Shown here: one piece after another, positions 44,858 through 52,629 of the stretch
How positions within the stretch are numbered: position 1 is the stretch's first letter
Layout of the letters: the number at the start of each line of letters is the position of its first letter
Virus record (IMG/VR): IMGVR_UViG_3300025093_000028
Span: 1 to 52,630 of that record
Length of the DNA stretch: 52,630 nt
Reading direction: 5' to 3' (one strand)
From: a virus
Taxonomy: Duplodnaviria > Caudoviricetes
Made by a program: the position numbers and the translations under genes
Notes under the pieces: generated by a model
What the model was told of the DNA's origin: nothing
Database searches by the model: none
What the model saw: only the letters and a program-made list of their open reading frames with translations

Positions 44858-46486
44858 ATGGAATATAAAAGATATTACTGGCTTAATGAAGACAGTAGAA
44901 TGTTCTTGTCCAGGGGATATCTAGATGAGTCCCCTGAGCAAAGAATACGAGATATAGCAAACGTAGCTGAGAAGTATCTAAACATGCGTGACTTTGCACA
45001 CAAGTTTGAAGACTACATGTCTAGAGGTTTCTATAGCTTATCAACACCTGTATGGATAAACTTTGGTAAAAGAAAGGGTTTACCTATCAGTTGTTATGGA
45101 TCTAATGTAGATGATACACTAGATAGTATACTAAATGCAGGACGTGAGATAGGTATGATGTCAAAGAATGGTGGTGGTACAAGCGCCTATCTAGGAAACA
45201 TTAGACCAAGAGGAACTAGCATTAGTACAGGAGGTAAGGCTGATGGACCAGTGCATTATGCAAGAATCTATGACACTGTTGTAGATGTTTGTAAACAATC
45301 TGCAGCTAGACGTGGAGCATGTGCTGTCTATCTACCTGTGGAACATGCAGACATAGAAGAGTTTCTAGACATTGGTACAGAGGGTAATCCTATTCAGAAT
45401 CTTCAGTATGGTGTTACAGTTAGTGATGCCTGGTTGAAGAGTATGAAAGCTGGTAGTAAAGAGAAACGTAAGATATGGGCTAAGATTATTCAAAGGCGTA
45501 ATGAATTTGGATTCCCATATATTATGTTTAAGGACAACTCAAACAATGAGACATCTCCTTATAAAGAACTAGGGTATGAAATTACAGCTAGTAATTTATG
45601 TAGTGAAATACAGCTTCCTACAGACAGCTTCCATAGTTTTGTGTGCTGTTTAGGATCTATCAACTTGTTACACTGGGATGAGATAAAAGAAACAGACGCA
45701 GTGGAAACATATGTGTTGTTCTTAAATGCAGTGATCAATGAGTTTATACAAAAGGCAGAACACCTTCCAGGTATGAAGCGAGCTTGGAGATTTGCCAGAG
45801 AACACAGAGCTATTGGTGTAGGTGTACTAGGATATCATTCCTACTTCCAGTCTAAGCTTATAGAGTTTGAATCACTAGAAGCTAAACAACTTAACCATCA
45901 GATCTTCAAGACATTGAAAGAACGTACAGAAGATGCTTCTAGATGGTTACATGATGCTAAGGGGTATAAGTCTATTAGAGAAGGCTTTGCTAACACTACA
46001 CTTATGGCCATAGCACCAACTAAATCTAGTTCGTTCATCCATGGTCAGGTGAGTATGGGTATTGAACCTATCAAGTCTAACTACTTCATCAAGGATCTTG
46101 CTAAGAGTAAGACAGTGTATAAGAATCCGTTCTTAGAAGCTGAGCTTGAGAAGTATGATATGAATAACGATGAAACATGGGAGTCTATTCTTAAGAAGGA
46201 TGGATCTGTACAGCATCTAAAGTTTCCAACTAAGGCTGTATTCAAATCCTTCATAGAGATAAGTCCTAAAGAACTAGTTCTGCAGGCTGCTCAAAGACAG
46301 AAGTTTATTGATCAGTCACAGAGTCTAAACTTAATGATACACCCAACTGTATCTGCTAAGGATATCAATCAATTATATCTTTATGCACATGAAGAAGGGG
46401 TAAAAACACTCTATTATCAGTTCAGCCAGAGCTCAGCTCAAGCATTTGCAAGAAACATTCTTGACTGTGCAAGCTGTGAAGGCTAA
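44858..46486 (+). CDS. nrdA: Ribonucleotide reductase alpha subunit, no ATP cone
   Basis: PISCY, SNLCSEI, VCCLGS, AIAPT, FIDQSQSLN, KTLYY, C-terminal CASCEG. Confidence 0.95.
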   Translation: MEYKRYYWLNEDSRMFLSRGYLDESPEQRIRDIANVAEKYLNMRDFAHKFEDYMSRGFYSLSTPVWINFGKRKGLPISCYGSNVDDTLDSILNAGREIGMMSKNGGGTSAYLGNIRPRGTSISTGGKADGPVHYARIYDTVVDVCKQSAARRGACAVYLPVEHADIEEFLDIGTEGNPIQNLQYGVTVSDAWLKSMKAGSKEKRKIWAKIIQRRNEFGFPYIMFKDNSNNETSPYKELGYEITASNLCSEIQLPTDSFHSFVCCLGSINLLHWDEIKETDAVETYVLFLNAVINEFIQKAEHLPGMKRAWRFAREHRAIGVGVLGYHSYFQSKLIEFESLEAKQLNHQIFKTLKERTEDASRWLHDAKGYKSIREGFANTTLMAIAPTKSSSFIHGQVSMGIEPIKSNYFIKDLAKSKTVYKNPFLEAELEKYDMNNDETWESILKKDGSVQHLKFPTKAVFKSFIEISPKELVLQAAQRQKFIDQSQSLNLMIHPTVSAKDINQLYLYAHEEGVKTLYYQFSQSSAQAFARNILDCASCEG

Positions 46487-46540
46487 TCAAATTAAGTAAA
46501 AAATGTGTAGTTAAGGGTTGTATATACCATATACATTTTA

Positions 46541-46548
46541 TACATTTG
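46541..46548 (+). promoter_or_regulatory. Bacteroidota-type promoter upstream of a short transcript
   Basis: TACATTTG with TTG ending 20 nt upstream. Confidence 0.5.
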
Positions 46549-46620
46549 AACAATGAAAGATATTACTATCTTGAATTCTGATAATTTGGATTAAATATTT
46601 CTGTTCTGTTTTTAATTGTG

Positions 46621-46654
46621 AAAGGGGCCTTGGAGAAATCTAAGGCCTTTTTTT
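46621..46654 (+). terminator. Intrinsic terminator
   Basis: GGCCTTGGA-gaaa-TCTAAGGCC followed by T7. Confidence 0.85.
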
Positions 46655-46679
46655 GCTTGGAAAATAGACTAGAATTAAC

Positions 46680-46687
46680 TATATTTG
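46680..46687 (+). promoter_or_regulatory. Bacteroidota-type promoter for recA
   Basis: TATATTTG with TTGG ending 19 nt upstream. Confidence 0.65.
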
Positions 46688-46710
46688 TATGTAATAATAA
46701 ACAATTAAAA

Positions 46711-47811
46711 ATGGCAAAAAAGCAAGAATCAACCGTAGACAAGTTCCAGGAAGCACTGGAAAAACTAAACAAACAGTATGGAAAGGGAACCGTACTAGCA
46801 CTAGACAGCAAAACAGAAGGCACTTATGATGCAATCAGTACAGGGTCAATTGGATTTGACTGGATTACATTAGGTGTTGGAGGTTTTGTAAAAGGTAAAA
46901 TGTATGAACTTATGGGCTGGGAGGGCACAGGTAAATCTACAATATGTGGACATGCTGTAGCTAGCTGCCAGACTAAAGGAGGAAAGGTAGTTTATATTGA
47001 TGGCGAACATGCTGTTGATAAAAACTATTTTGAAGCACTAGGTGTAAATACATCAGAGATGTTAATTGCTCAACCATCATCAGGTGAAGAAGGTTTTAAC
47101 ATTGCTGTAGAGATGATGCAGTCAGGAGAAGTAGATTTAGTAATCATTGACTCAGATAGTTCACTTATTCCTAAAGCTGTGTTAGATGGTGATGTTGGAG
47201 ATCATGCAATTGGTAAGAAGGCAAGACTAAACAGTGGTGCCTATCCAAAGATTAAAAGCATTGCTCATAGTACAAACACATGTGTTATTGTAATCTCTCA
47301 GTATCGTGAGAAGATTGGTGTTATGTTTGGTAACCCAACTACTACACAAGGAGGACATGCTCTTAAGTTTTATTCTGATTGTAGAATAGAAGTGGGCAGA
47401 TCTCTAGCAAAAGAAGGACAAGAAGTGTATGGTAACATCACAAGAGTGAAAGCTACCAAGAACAAGATGAGTCCTCCATACAAGAAATCAGAGTTTGAGA
47501 TTGTGTATGGTGTAGGTATTGATAAGGTGGGTGAAACTTTACAGCTGCTGCATGAGTTTGGATTAGGTCGTAAGTATGGTAAGACATATACATTTGATGA
47601 TGTAAAATATGACCTAGAGGAGTTCAAGCAGATGATACTAGAAGATGTTGAGTTCTTTGATAAACTAAAGACTACAATTGTAAACGCTATTCGTGGTGTA
47701 GAAGAGGAAGAAAAAAAAAGTGAAGTTGTGAACTATGAGCAGGCTAAAACTATTGAAGTGGTAGCGCCTGAAGAGCTTACACCAGATCTATTTGATATAC
47801 CTGAGTTATGA
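46711..47811 (+). CDS. recA: RecA recombinase
   Basis: AISTGS, GWEGTGKST, YIDGEHAVD, IAQP..GEE, QYREKIGVMFGNPTTTQGGHALKFY, KNKMSPPYK. ATG at 46711 follows an A-rich leader. Confidence 0.95.
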   Translation: MAKKQESTVDKFQEALEKLNKQYGKGTVLALDSKTEGTYDAISTGSIGFDWITLGVGGFVKGKMYELMGWEGTGKSTICGHAVASCQTKGGKVVYIDGEHAVDKNYFEALGVNTSEMLIAQPSSGEEGFNIAVEMMQSGEVDLVIIDSDSSLIPKAVLDGDVGDHAIGKKARLNSGAYPKIKSIAHSTNTCVIVISQYREKIGVMFGNPTTTQGGHALKFYSDCRIEVGRSLAKEGQEVYGNITRVKATKNKMSPPYKKSEFEIVYGVGIDKVGETLQLLHEFGLGRKYGKTYTFDDVKYDLEEFKQMILEDVEFFDKLKTTIVNAIRGVEEEEKKSEVVNYEQAKTIEVVAPEELTPDLFDIPEL

Positions 47812-48221
47812 AATGTATAGTGTGTGGAGCAAATTCAGAGTCTGAATACTGCTTCAAACATAAGCCTAGAAAACAACTGTCTGGCAACAGGGGATTTAAA
47901 AAGCCAACACTAGCTACCAAACCTACAGTTAGTGTTGGTAAATCCCAACCAAACACAGACCATATAATATTCAAAGAGGTTTGGAAAGAAAGACCTCACA
48001 AGTCTGAAGTTAGTGGTGCATATCTAGGTAAGGAGGCGCTAAGTTTGTATTTTCATCACATACTTCCTAAAAGTAAGTACCCACAATTTAGGAATCTTAA
48101 AGAAAATATCATACTTTTGACAGCTGATGAGCACGCTAATGTAGAAAGTGACATCTATAGATATGAAAAAATAAATGAGATACGAGAGTATCTAATTGAT
48201 AAATATAAACTAAACATATGA
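47808..48221 (+). CDS. HNH/NinG-like nuclease
   Basis: FHHILPKSKYP...ENIILLTADEH; N-terminal CIVC..CFKH finger. Confidence 0.65.
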   Translation: MKCIVCGANSESEYCFKHKPRKQLSGNRGFKKPTLATKPTVSVGKSQPNTDHIIFKEVWKERPHKSEVSGAYLGKEALSLYFHHILPKSKYPQFRNLKENIILLTADEHANVESDIYRYEKINEIREYLIDKYKLNI

Positions 48222-48526
48222 AAAACCAATTCTTTTACACTCGTAAAGAAGCTGTACAGGGAACAGATCCTGTAGAGTACAAAGAGTACACGGACAGCAT
48301 CAATCTTAACAAAGTAATTCGTAGCGTTCAGATGAATGATGACTCAATTGTTGTGTTATTAGATGACATGCATGAGCGTATTACAGAAGTACCTAACATC
48401 AATCCTAAGAACAACAAGGTGATTGGTACAAAGAAGAAGGTAGATGTATACCAGACAGAAGCCTATCTATATGGAGAAGATATAGAACGATTTAGAAAAC
48501 TAACAAATATTGAGAACAATGGCTAA
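48218..48526 (+). CDS. Hypothetical protein
   Basis: 102 aa, in operon. Confidence 0.65.
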   Translation: MKNQFFYTRKEAVQGTDPVEYKEYTDSINLNKVIRSVQMNDDSIVVLLDDMHERITEVPNINPKNNKVIGTKKKVDVYQTEAYLYGEDIERFRKLTNIENNG

Positions 48527-48815
48527 AAAACCATACAAAAAACTTCTTGGAAACCGCATCTATGTAGAGATTCCTAAGAAGGAAGAGACTAAATTAATTG
48601 TTGATGAAAACACCAAAGAAGCTCTGCAGCGTGAAATGCTAAAGAGAATGTCTAAGCTCACTGTATTTGATGTAGGAGACCTAGTAACTAACATTAAAGC
48701 AGGTGATGTTATACTTGCAGATCCAGGCAAACTAAAAGATGCTATGGTGATTCCTTTATCTGATGATAAAGATGTACTACTTGTGTCCCCATTTGACGTA
48801 ATACACGTTTGGTAA
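48519..48815 (+). CDS. GroES-like co-chaperonin
   Basis: KLLGNRIYVE..KKEETKLIV...VFDVGDLVTNIKAGDVIL...DVIHVW follows the Cpn10 pattern. Confidence 0.7.
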   Translation: MAKKPYKKLLGNRIYVEIPKKEETKLIVDENTKEALQREMLKRMSKLTVFDVGDLVTNIKAGDVILADPGKLKDAMVIPLSDDKDVLLVSPFDVIHVW

Positions 48816-49579
48816 TGAGCTCCCTCCCTTTTATATCGTGTAAGTGTATCACATACGGACGAGTGGATACACTAGAAGAAGCACTGTATAGCTTTCTCAT
48901 ACAGGACTATCCTAAAGATAAGTGTGAATTAGTTATAGTGAATGATTATCCTGAGCAAGAATTAGTCTATGATCATCCTCAGGTGACCATTTACAATCTG
49001 GATAGTACATTTCCTTTGATAGGAGAGAAAGAGAACTATGCTATTGAGCGATGTAAAGGGGAGCTTATTGCTGTTTGGGACGATGATGATGTAGCTATGT
49101 CTAATCATCTTCAGAACATAGCTAAACACTGGCAGCCAGACACTAACATTATACACTGGGAAACAGGTGTGTTCTATAATGAACCATCCATTACGTCTAT
49201 AAGTGGTGTAGGTAACTCAGGTATAGTGTATAGTAAAGATGTATGGGAAAGAATAGGTAGAAGTCCACTAGAAAATGCTGGTGGAGATATGACACTTACA
49301 AATAGAATACATGCACTAGGAGGTAAACTTAATGTAAAGATGCCACCAGATCAAGCTTCTTGGTTTTATATGTGGGGTGGTAGAGGATATCACCAGTCAG
49401 GTATGGGCACAGATGATGGTAGCAGACCTAACATTATAGAAAGACACTCAGCACATATAGAGAAGCTTAGAAGACAAGGTGTGATTCCTACAGGACGTGT
49501 ACATCTTAGTCCTAAGTGGAAGAAAGACTACGCACAAATGTTAAAAGATTATGTCTCAAATTCATTTACTTCTAGTTAA
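48815..49579 (+). CDS. Glycosyltransferase family 2 (GT-A)
   Basis: TYGR..LEEALYSFLIQDY..ELVIVND; GEKEN.A...KGELIAVWDDDD. Confidence 0.85.
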   Translation: MSSLPFISCKCITYGRVDTLEEALYSFLIQDYPKDKCELVIVNDYPEQELVYDHPQVTIYNLDSTFPLIGEKENYAIERCKGELIAVWDDDDVAMSNHLQNIAKHWQPDTNIIHWETGVFYNEPSITSISGVGNSGIVYSKDVWERIGRSPLENAGGDMTLTNRIHALGGKLNVKMPPDQASWFYMWGGRGYHQSGMGTDDGSRPNIIERHSAHIEKLRRQGVIPTGRVHLSPKWKKDYAQMLKDYVSNSFTSS

Positions 49580-50192
49580 TAGAAATCTTCTAGAGACAAC
49601 CAAGAACACTGTAGAATTCCTACGTAAAGAACAAAGAGTCAAGATACATATACTTGATCAAGGATCTACATACCCTCCCTTATTAGAATGGTATAAAACT
49701 ATACCAGAAGATATTATCTACTGTGGTAATGAAGGGCCATATTCATGTTGGCACCCAAAATACAAACATTTTAGAAAAAACTACTTCATTGTAGCAGATA
49801 GTGACTGTATATATAATGGAGTTCCTGATGACTGGTTAGACGTTATGCTTAATGCACTAGACCACTCAGGAGCATTCAAGGTGGGATTCTCTCTAGAGAT
49901 AGATGATTTACCTAACAGTGAGCTTGGTAGGGAAGCACATGCACATGAGAGTAAGTATTGGGAAAAGAAAACACCTTATGGGTGGGATGCTCACATAGAC
50001 ACTACATTTGCTCTGTACAAGAGCTATTCACCCTTCTCTTACGATGGACTTAGATTAGATAGACCATACACTATACAACATGCACCGTGGTATTTAGATG
50101 TTTGTTGTATCCCTGAAGAGTGGGAATATTATTTAGAACATGCATCCTCTGTATCTACATGGGGAAGTAAAATTAAAAAACAGAAGAAATGA
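49551..50192 (+). CDS. Glycosyltransferase family 2-like (GT-A)
   Basis: VNRN, IHILDQGSTYPPLLEWY, VADSD (DxD), KVGFSL, IDTTFALY, HAPWY. Confidence 0.75.
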   Translation: MSQIHLLLVNRNLLETTKNTVEFLRKEQRVKIHILDQGSTYPPLLEWYKTIPEDIIYCGNEGPYSCWHPKYKHFRKNYFIVADSDCIYNGVPDDWLDVMLNALDHSGAFKVGFSLEIDDLPNSELGREAHAHESKYWEKKTPYGWDAHIDTTFALYKSYSPFSYDGLRLDRPYTIQHAPWYLDVCCIPEEWEYYLEHASSVSTWGSKIKKQKK

Positions 50193-50533
50193 AAAGAAAA
50201 TGTAATAAGTGCAAGAAGAAAAGACCTTCTTGGATGTTTAAAACAGACGACAAGAAAACTTGCAGAAAATGTGAGTATAGATGGTGGCGTGAAGTGCTTA
50301 AGATGATGGTGAGGGATAGAAGACTTTCTCCTGTAGAAAGACTAGCTACAAGACTAGGATATATGGGTGTAGGCTTTCTTATAGCAGGTCAGTGGACTAT
50401 TAATCCTGTATTGTATATGATGGGATTCTGTTGTGTGCTTATACAAGTTGCAACAAGAAGACAATGGAATCTGGTGCTATTACAACTCAATGGGTTGATA
50501 GCATGGACCATACACTTCTTTAACTCTCTATAA
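50189..50533 (+). CDS. Zn-ribbon plus multi-TM membrane protein
   Basis: CNKC...CRKC followed by about three hydrophobic helices. Confidence 0.6.
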   Translation: MKRKCNKCKKKRPSWMFKTDDKKTCRKCEYRWWREVLKMMVRDRRLSPVERLATRLGYMGVGFLIAGQWTINPVLYMMGFCCVLIQVATRRQWNLVLLQLNGLIAWTIHFFNSL

Positions 50534-50534
50534 T

Positions 50535-50563
50535 AAAAAAGCCCCAATCAAGGGGCTTATATT
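50535..50563. terminator. Terminator between convergent modules (U-tract on the - strand)
   Basis: A6, then GCCCC-aatcaa-GGGGC, then TTATATT. Confidence 0.75.
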
Positions 50564-50879
50564 ATTTACATCCGTATTTACATTTCTTTTTTACAGACTT
50601 ACCTTTCTTTGCATAACCCATTTTGTTACGCACAGCTGTAGGTAATTTTTTAAGTCCTACTTGTTTAGCTGTAGGCTTCTTTAACTTCTTACCAGCCTTA
50701 GCTTTCATTTTGGATTTAGGTGGTACCATAGAGGCAGCTTTGCCACCATAGCCCATCTTTTTAACTTTCTTACCAGCTTTGGCTTTCATAGACTTACCAT
50801 AGCCAGCTTTCTTTACTTTGGATCCTGACTTAGCTTTTTTCATAGTTTTGCCATATCCTGCTTTTTTATGCATTGCCAT
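50562..50879 (-). CDS. Histone H1-like, Lys-rich repeat protein
   Basis: 105 aa with no acidic residues; KK(A/M)GYG-type repeats. Confidence 0.7.
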   Translation of the reverse strand: MAMHKKAGYGKTMKKAKSGSKVKKAGYGKSMKAKAGKKVKKMGYGGKAASMVPPKSKMKAKAGKKLKKPTAKQVGLKKLPTAVRNKMGYAKKGKSVKKKCKYGCK

Positions 50880-50898
50880 AATTTTATAATTTGAGAGG

Positions 50899-51198
50899 TT
50901 AACATTTCCACCTACGTCTAGCTTGTCTTATTCTAGAGTTAGGATTATTTCTAGTTTTTGCACTACTTCTTTTTAACTGTCCCAAACTACGAGCGCAATA
51001 AGACTTACGTCTCTTTGCAGCTTTAGATCCCTTCTTCACCTTTCCTGTAACAGCAGTTTTTAACTTGCTTCCAGGATTAGCTTTTCTATAGGCTTTTACA
51101 CCTTTCTTAGTCATACCAGCACCCTTCTTGGTAGGTCTGTAGTTAGCACCTTTACCCTTAGTGGTTTTTCTGATAGGATTTTCTTTCTTACGAGCCAT
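50899..51198 (-). CDS. Highly basic small protein
   Basis: GAGMTKKGVKAYRKANPGSKLKTAVT...RRKSYCAR...ARRRWKC, a family recurrent in aquatic phages. Confidence 0.75.
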   Translation of the reverse strand: MARKKENPIRKTTKGKGANYRPTKKGAGMTKKGVKAYRKANPGSKLKTAVTGKVKKGSKAAKRRKSYCARSLGQLKRSSAKTRNNPNSRIRQARRRWKC

Positions 51199-51200
51199 GG

Positions 51201-51473
51201 TTATTTCTTCTTTTTAGTAGATCTCTTACGCTTTCTAAGCGCACTAGTCCTCCTACCCATGCCCACTCTTTTCTTTTCAGCTACAACAGCAGCTTTACGT
51301 TTACCAACACCTTTCCATGTAACTGGTGTTTTCTTACTAATTTTCTTTGTAGGACGACATTTCTTAACGCCTTTATTCTTGGAAGATCCACAGGGGTTAC
51401 CCTTTTCATCTTTCCACTTTTCCTTAAACCAACGTTTAAGAGCAGCGCCTTTCTTTGTCTTCCTTACAGCCAT
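51201..51473 (-). CDS. Highly basic small protein
   Basis: LKRWFKEKWKD...PCG...KCRPTKKISKKTP. Confidence 0.75.
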   Translation of the reverse strand: MAVRKTKKGAALKRWFKEKWKDEKGNPCGSSKNKGVKKCRPTKKISKKTPVTWKGVGKRKAAVVAEKKRVGMGRRTSALRKRKRSTKKKK

Positions 51474-51733
51474 TAGTTCTTCACTGTTCGTTTGTTAATG
51501 ATTCGTTTACCTTTACGATTCATTATCTTAACATAGTCAGTCGTTAGTTTTTTTTTAATGATGATTTCTACATCCTCATTAGCATAAACTTTTTGTATTA
51601 CATTGATTATGGGGTTGTCCTCATTTGATTCTAACCACTCAGTAGTTGCTGTGATGTCTTTCTCAGCCACCACTTTACCACTTCCACAACTTGTTAGTAA
51701 TACAACTGCTAATATTAAGATTAACTTTTTCAT
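51473..51733 (-). CDS. Lipoprotein
   Basis: ATG at 51733: MKKLILILAVVLLTSC, a type II signal peptide with lipobox. Confidence 0.7.
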   Translation of the reverse strand: MKKLILILAVVLLTSCGSGKVVAEKDITATTEWLESNEDNPIINVIQKVYANEDVEIIIKKKLTTDYVKIMNRKGKRIINKRTVKN

Positions 51734-51737
51734 AGTG

Positions 51738-51818
51738 TTATTTTTTAAGTGTACACCATCCAACACATACAGTCTTGAAAGTGGTGTAGTATATTAATTT
51801 ACATATGAACTTCTTCAT
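51738..51818 (-). CDS. 26-aa Cys-containing mini-protein (MKKFICKLIYYTTFKTVCVGWCTLKK)
   Basis: Hand-translated; fills the gap with 5- and 4-nt spacers. Confidence 0.55.
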   Translation of the reverse strand: MKKFICKLIYYTTFKTVCVGWCTLKK

Positions 51819-51823
51819 GATGT

Positions 51824-51904
51824 TTACTTTAAGTGTGAACCATCACAATATCCATTAGGATCTTGCGTATTTCCACATCCACATTTAGGTCTTTCAGTTT
51901 TCAT
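51824..51904 (-). CDS. 26-aa CDGSH-type [2Fe-2S] mini-protein (MKTERPKCGCGNTQDPNGYCDGSHLK)
   Basis: Hand-translated; ATG 1 nt after the upstream stop; CxCx2T...P..YCDGSH. Confidence 0.75.
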   Translation of the reverse strand: MKTERPKCGCGNTQDPNGYCDGSHLK

Positions 51905-51905
51905 A

Positions 51906-52127
51906 TTATTTCTTTTTTCCTGCTCTACGTTTTCTGCATTTAGCAATAGCTCCACTGGCATAAGCAGAGGGAAATACCTTATACTGTGCTTTCACCTTGT
52001 GGTAACAAGCATCGTGATTAGGTTTAGAAGACTTACCCTTTTTAGCTTTGGGTGTTGCTTTCTTAGCCACTCTCTTACGAACTGTAGCTTTCTTTCTCCC
52101 TCTTACTTTAGATTTTCTAACTGCCAT
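51906..52127 (-). CDS. Highly basic small protein
   Basis: K/R-rich N-terminus plus DACYHKVKAQYKVFPSAYASGAIAKCRK. Confidence 0.75.
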   Translation of the reverse strand: MAVRKSKVRGRKKATVRKRVAKKATPKAKKGKSSKPNHDACYHKVKAQYKVFPSAYASGAIAKCRKRRAGKKK

Positions 52128-52136
52128 TGTGTTTTA

Positions 52137-52400
52137 CTATTTTAATACTTCCATAGCTGGTTCCTCCACGCTAACTTGTGGTGGTTCAGGTGCTTCTTTA
52201 ACAGTGCCTGTTTCAACTCCTTTAGCCATTATTTGTTCAATAACGTCATTAGCTCTCATCATAAGTTGGTATTTACCAGCTTCTTCAGTTGCTAAAAAGG
52301 TTCTTACAGTGTTTAAGAATAGTCCGAATTCTTGTCCAGATAGTTCAAATTTGTCTTCTGGAGCCCATGTGTAACGTTTGTTTGGATCGTACTGTGCCAT
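52137..52400 (-). CDS. Hypothetical protein
   Basis: 87 aa, first gene after the promoter at 52434-52465. Confidence 0.7.
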   Translation of the reverse strand: MAQYDPNKRYTWAPEDKFELSGQEFGLFLNTVRTFLATEEAGKYQLMMRANDVIEQIMAKGVETGTVKEAPEPPQVSVEEPAMEVLK

Positions 52401-52433
52401 AATTTTTAATTTATTGGTTTATAATAATTCTAA

Positions 52434-52465
52434 CAAATATATAAAATATCTGTTAGTCTTGCAAA
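52434..52465 (-). promoter_or_regulatory. Complete Bacteroidota sigmaA-type promoter
   Basis: TTTG (52465-52462), 20-nt spacer, TATATTTG (52441-52434) on the - strand. Confidence 0.75.
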
Positions 52466-52629
52466 TCTATCTTGAACACAATAGTCCCTGTGGACTTTAT
52501 GCTTTTTGATATGTCCAACTTTATTCTAAACATGTTATGGAGTCTAAGAATTTCTTCTAACAACATATCATTATATCTAGGCATACTAGGTGCCAGTCTA
52601 AATATATATGCATTGTTTGTCCTGGTTAT
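52453..52629 (-). CDS. Hypothetical protein, 5' end truncated
   Basis: Open frame from the window edge ...ITRTNNAYIFRLAPS...FKIDLQD-stop. Confidence 0.55.
   Translation of the reverse strand: MTRTNNAYIFRLAPSMPRYNDMLLEEILRLHNMFRIKLDISKSIKSTGTIVFKIDLQD

Noticed and set aside
46618-46710. N-terminal extension of RecA from the GTG start
   Set aside because: It runs through a terminator and a promoter; ATG at 46711 has the typical A-rich leader.
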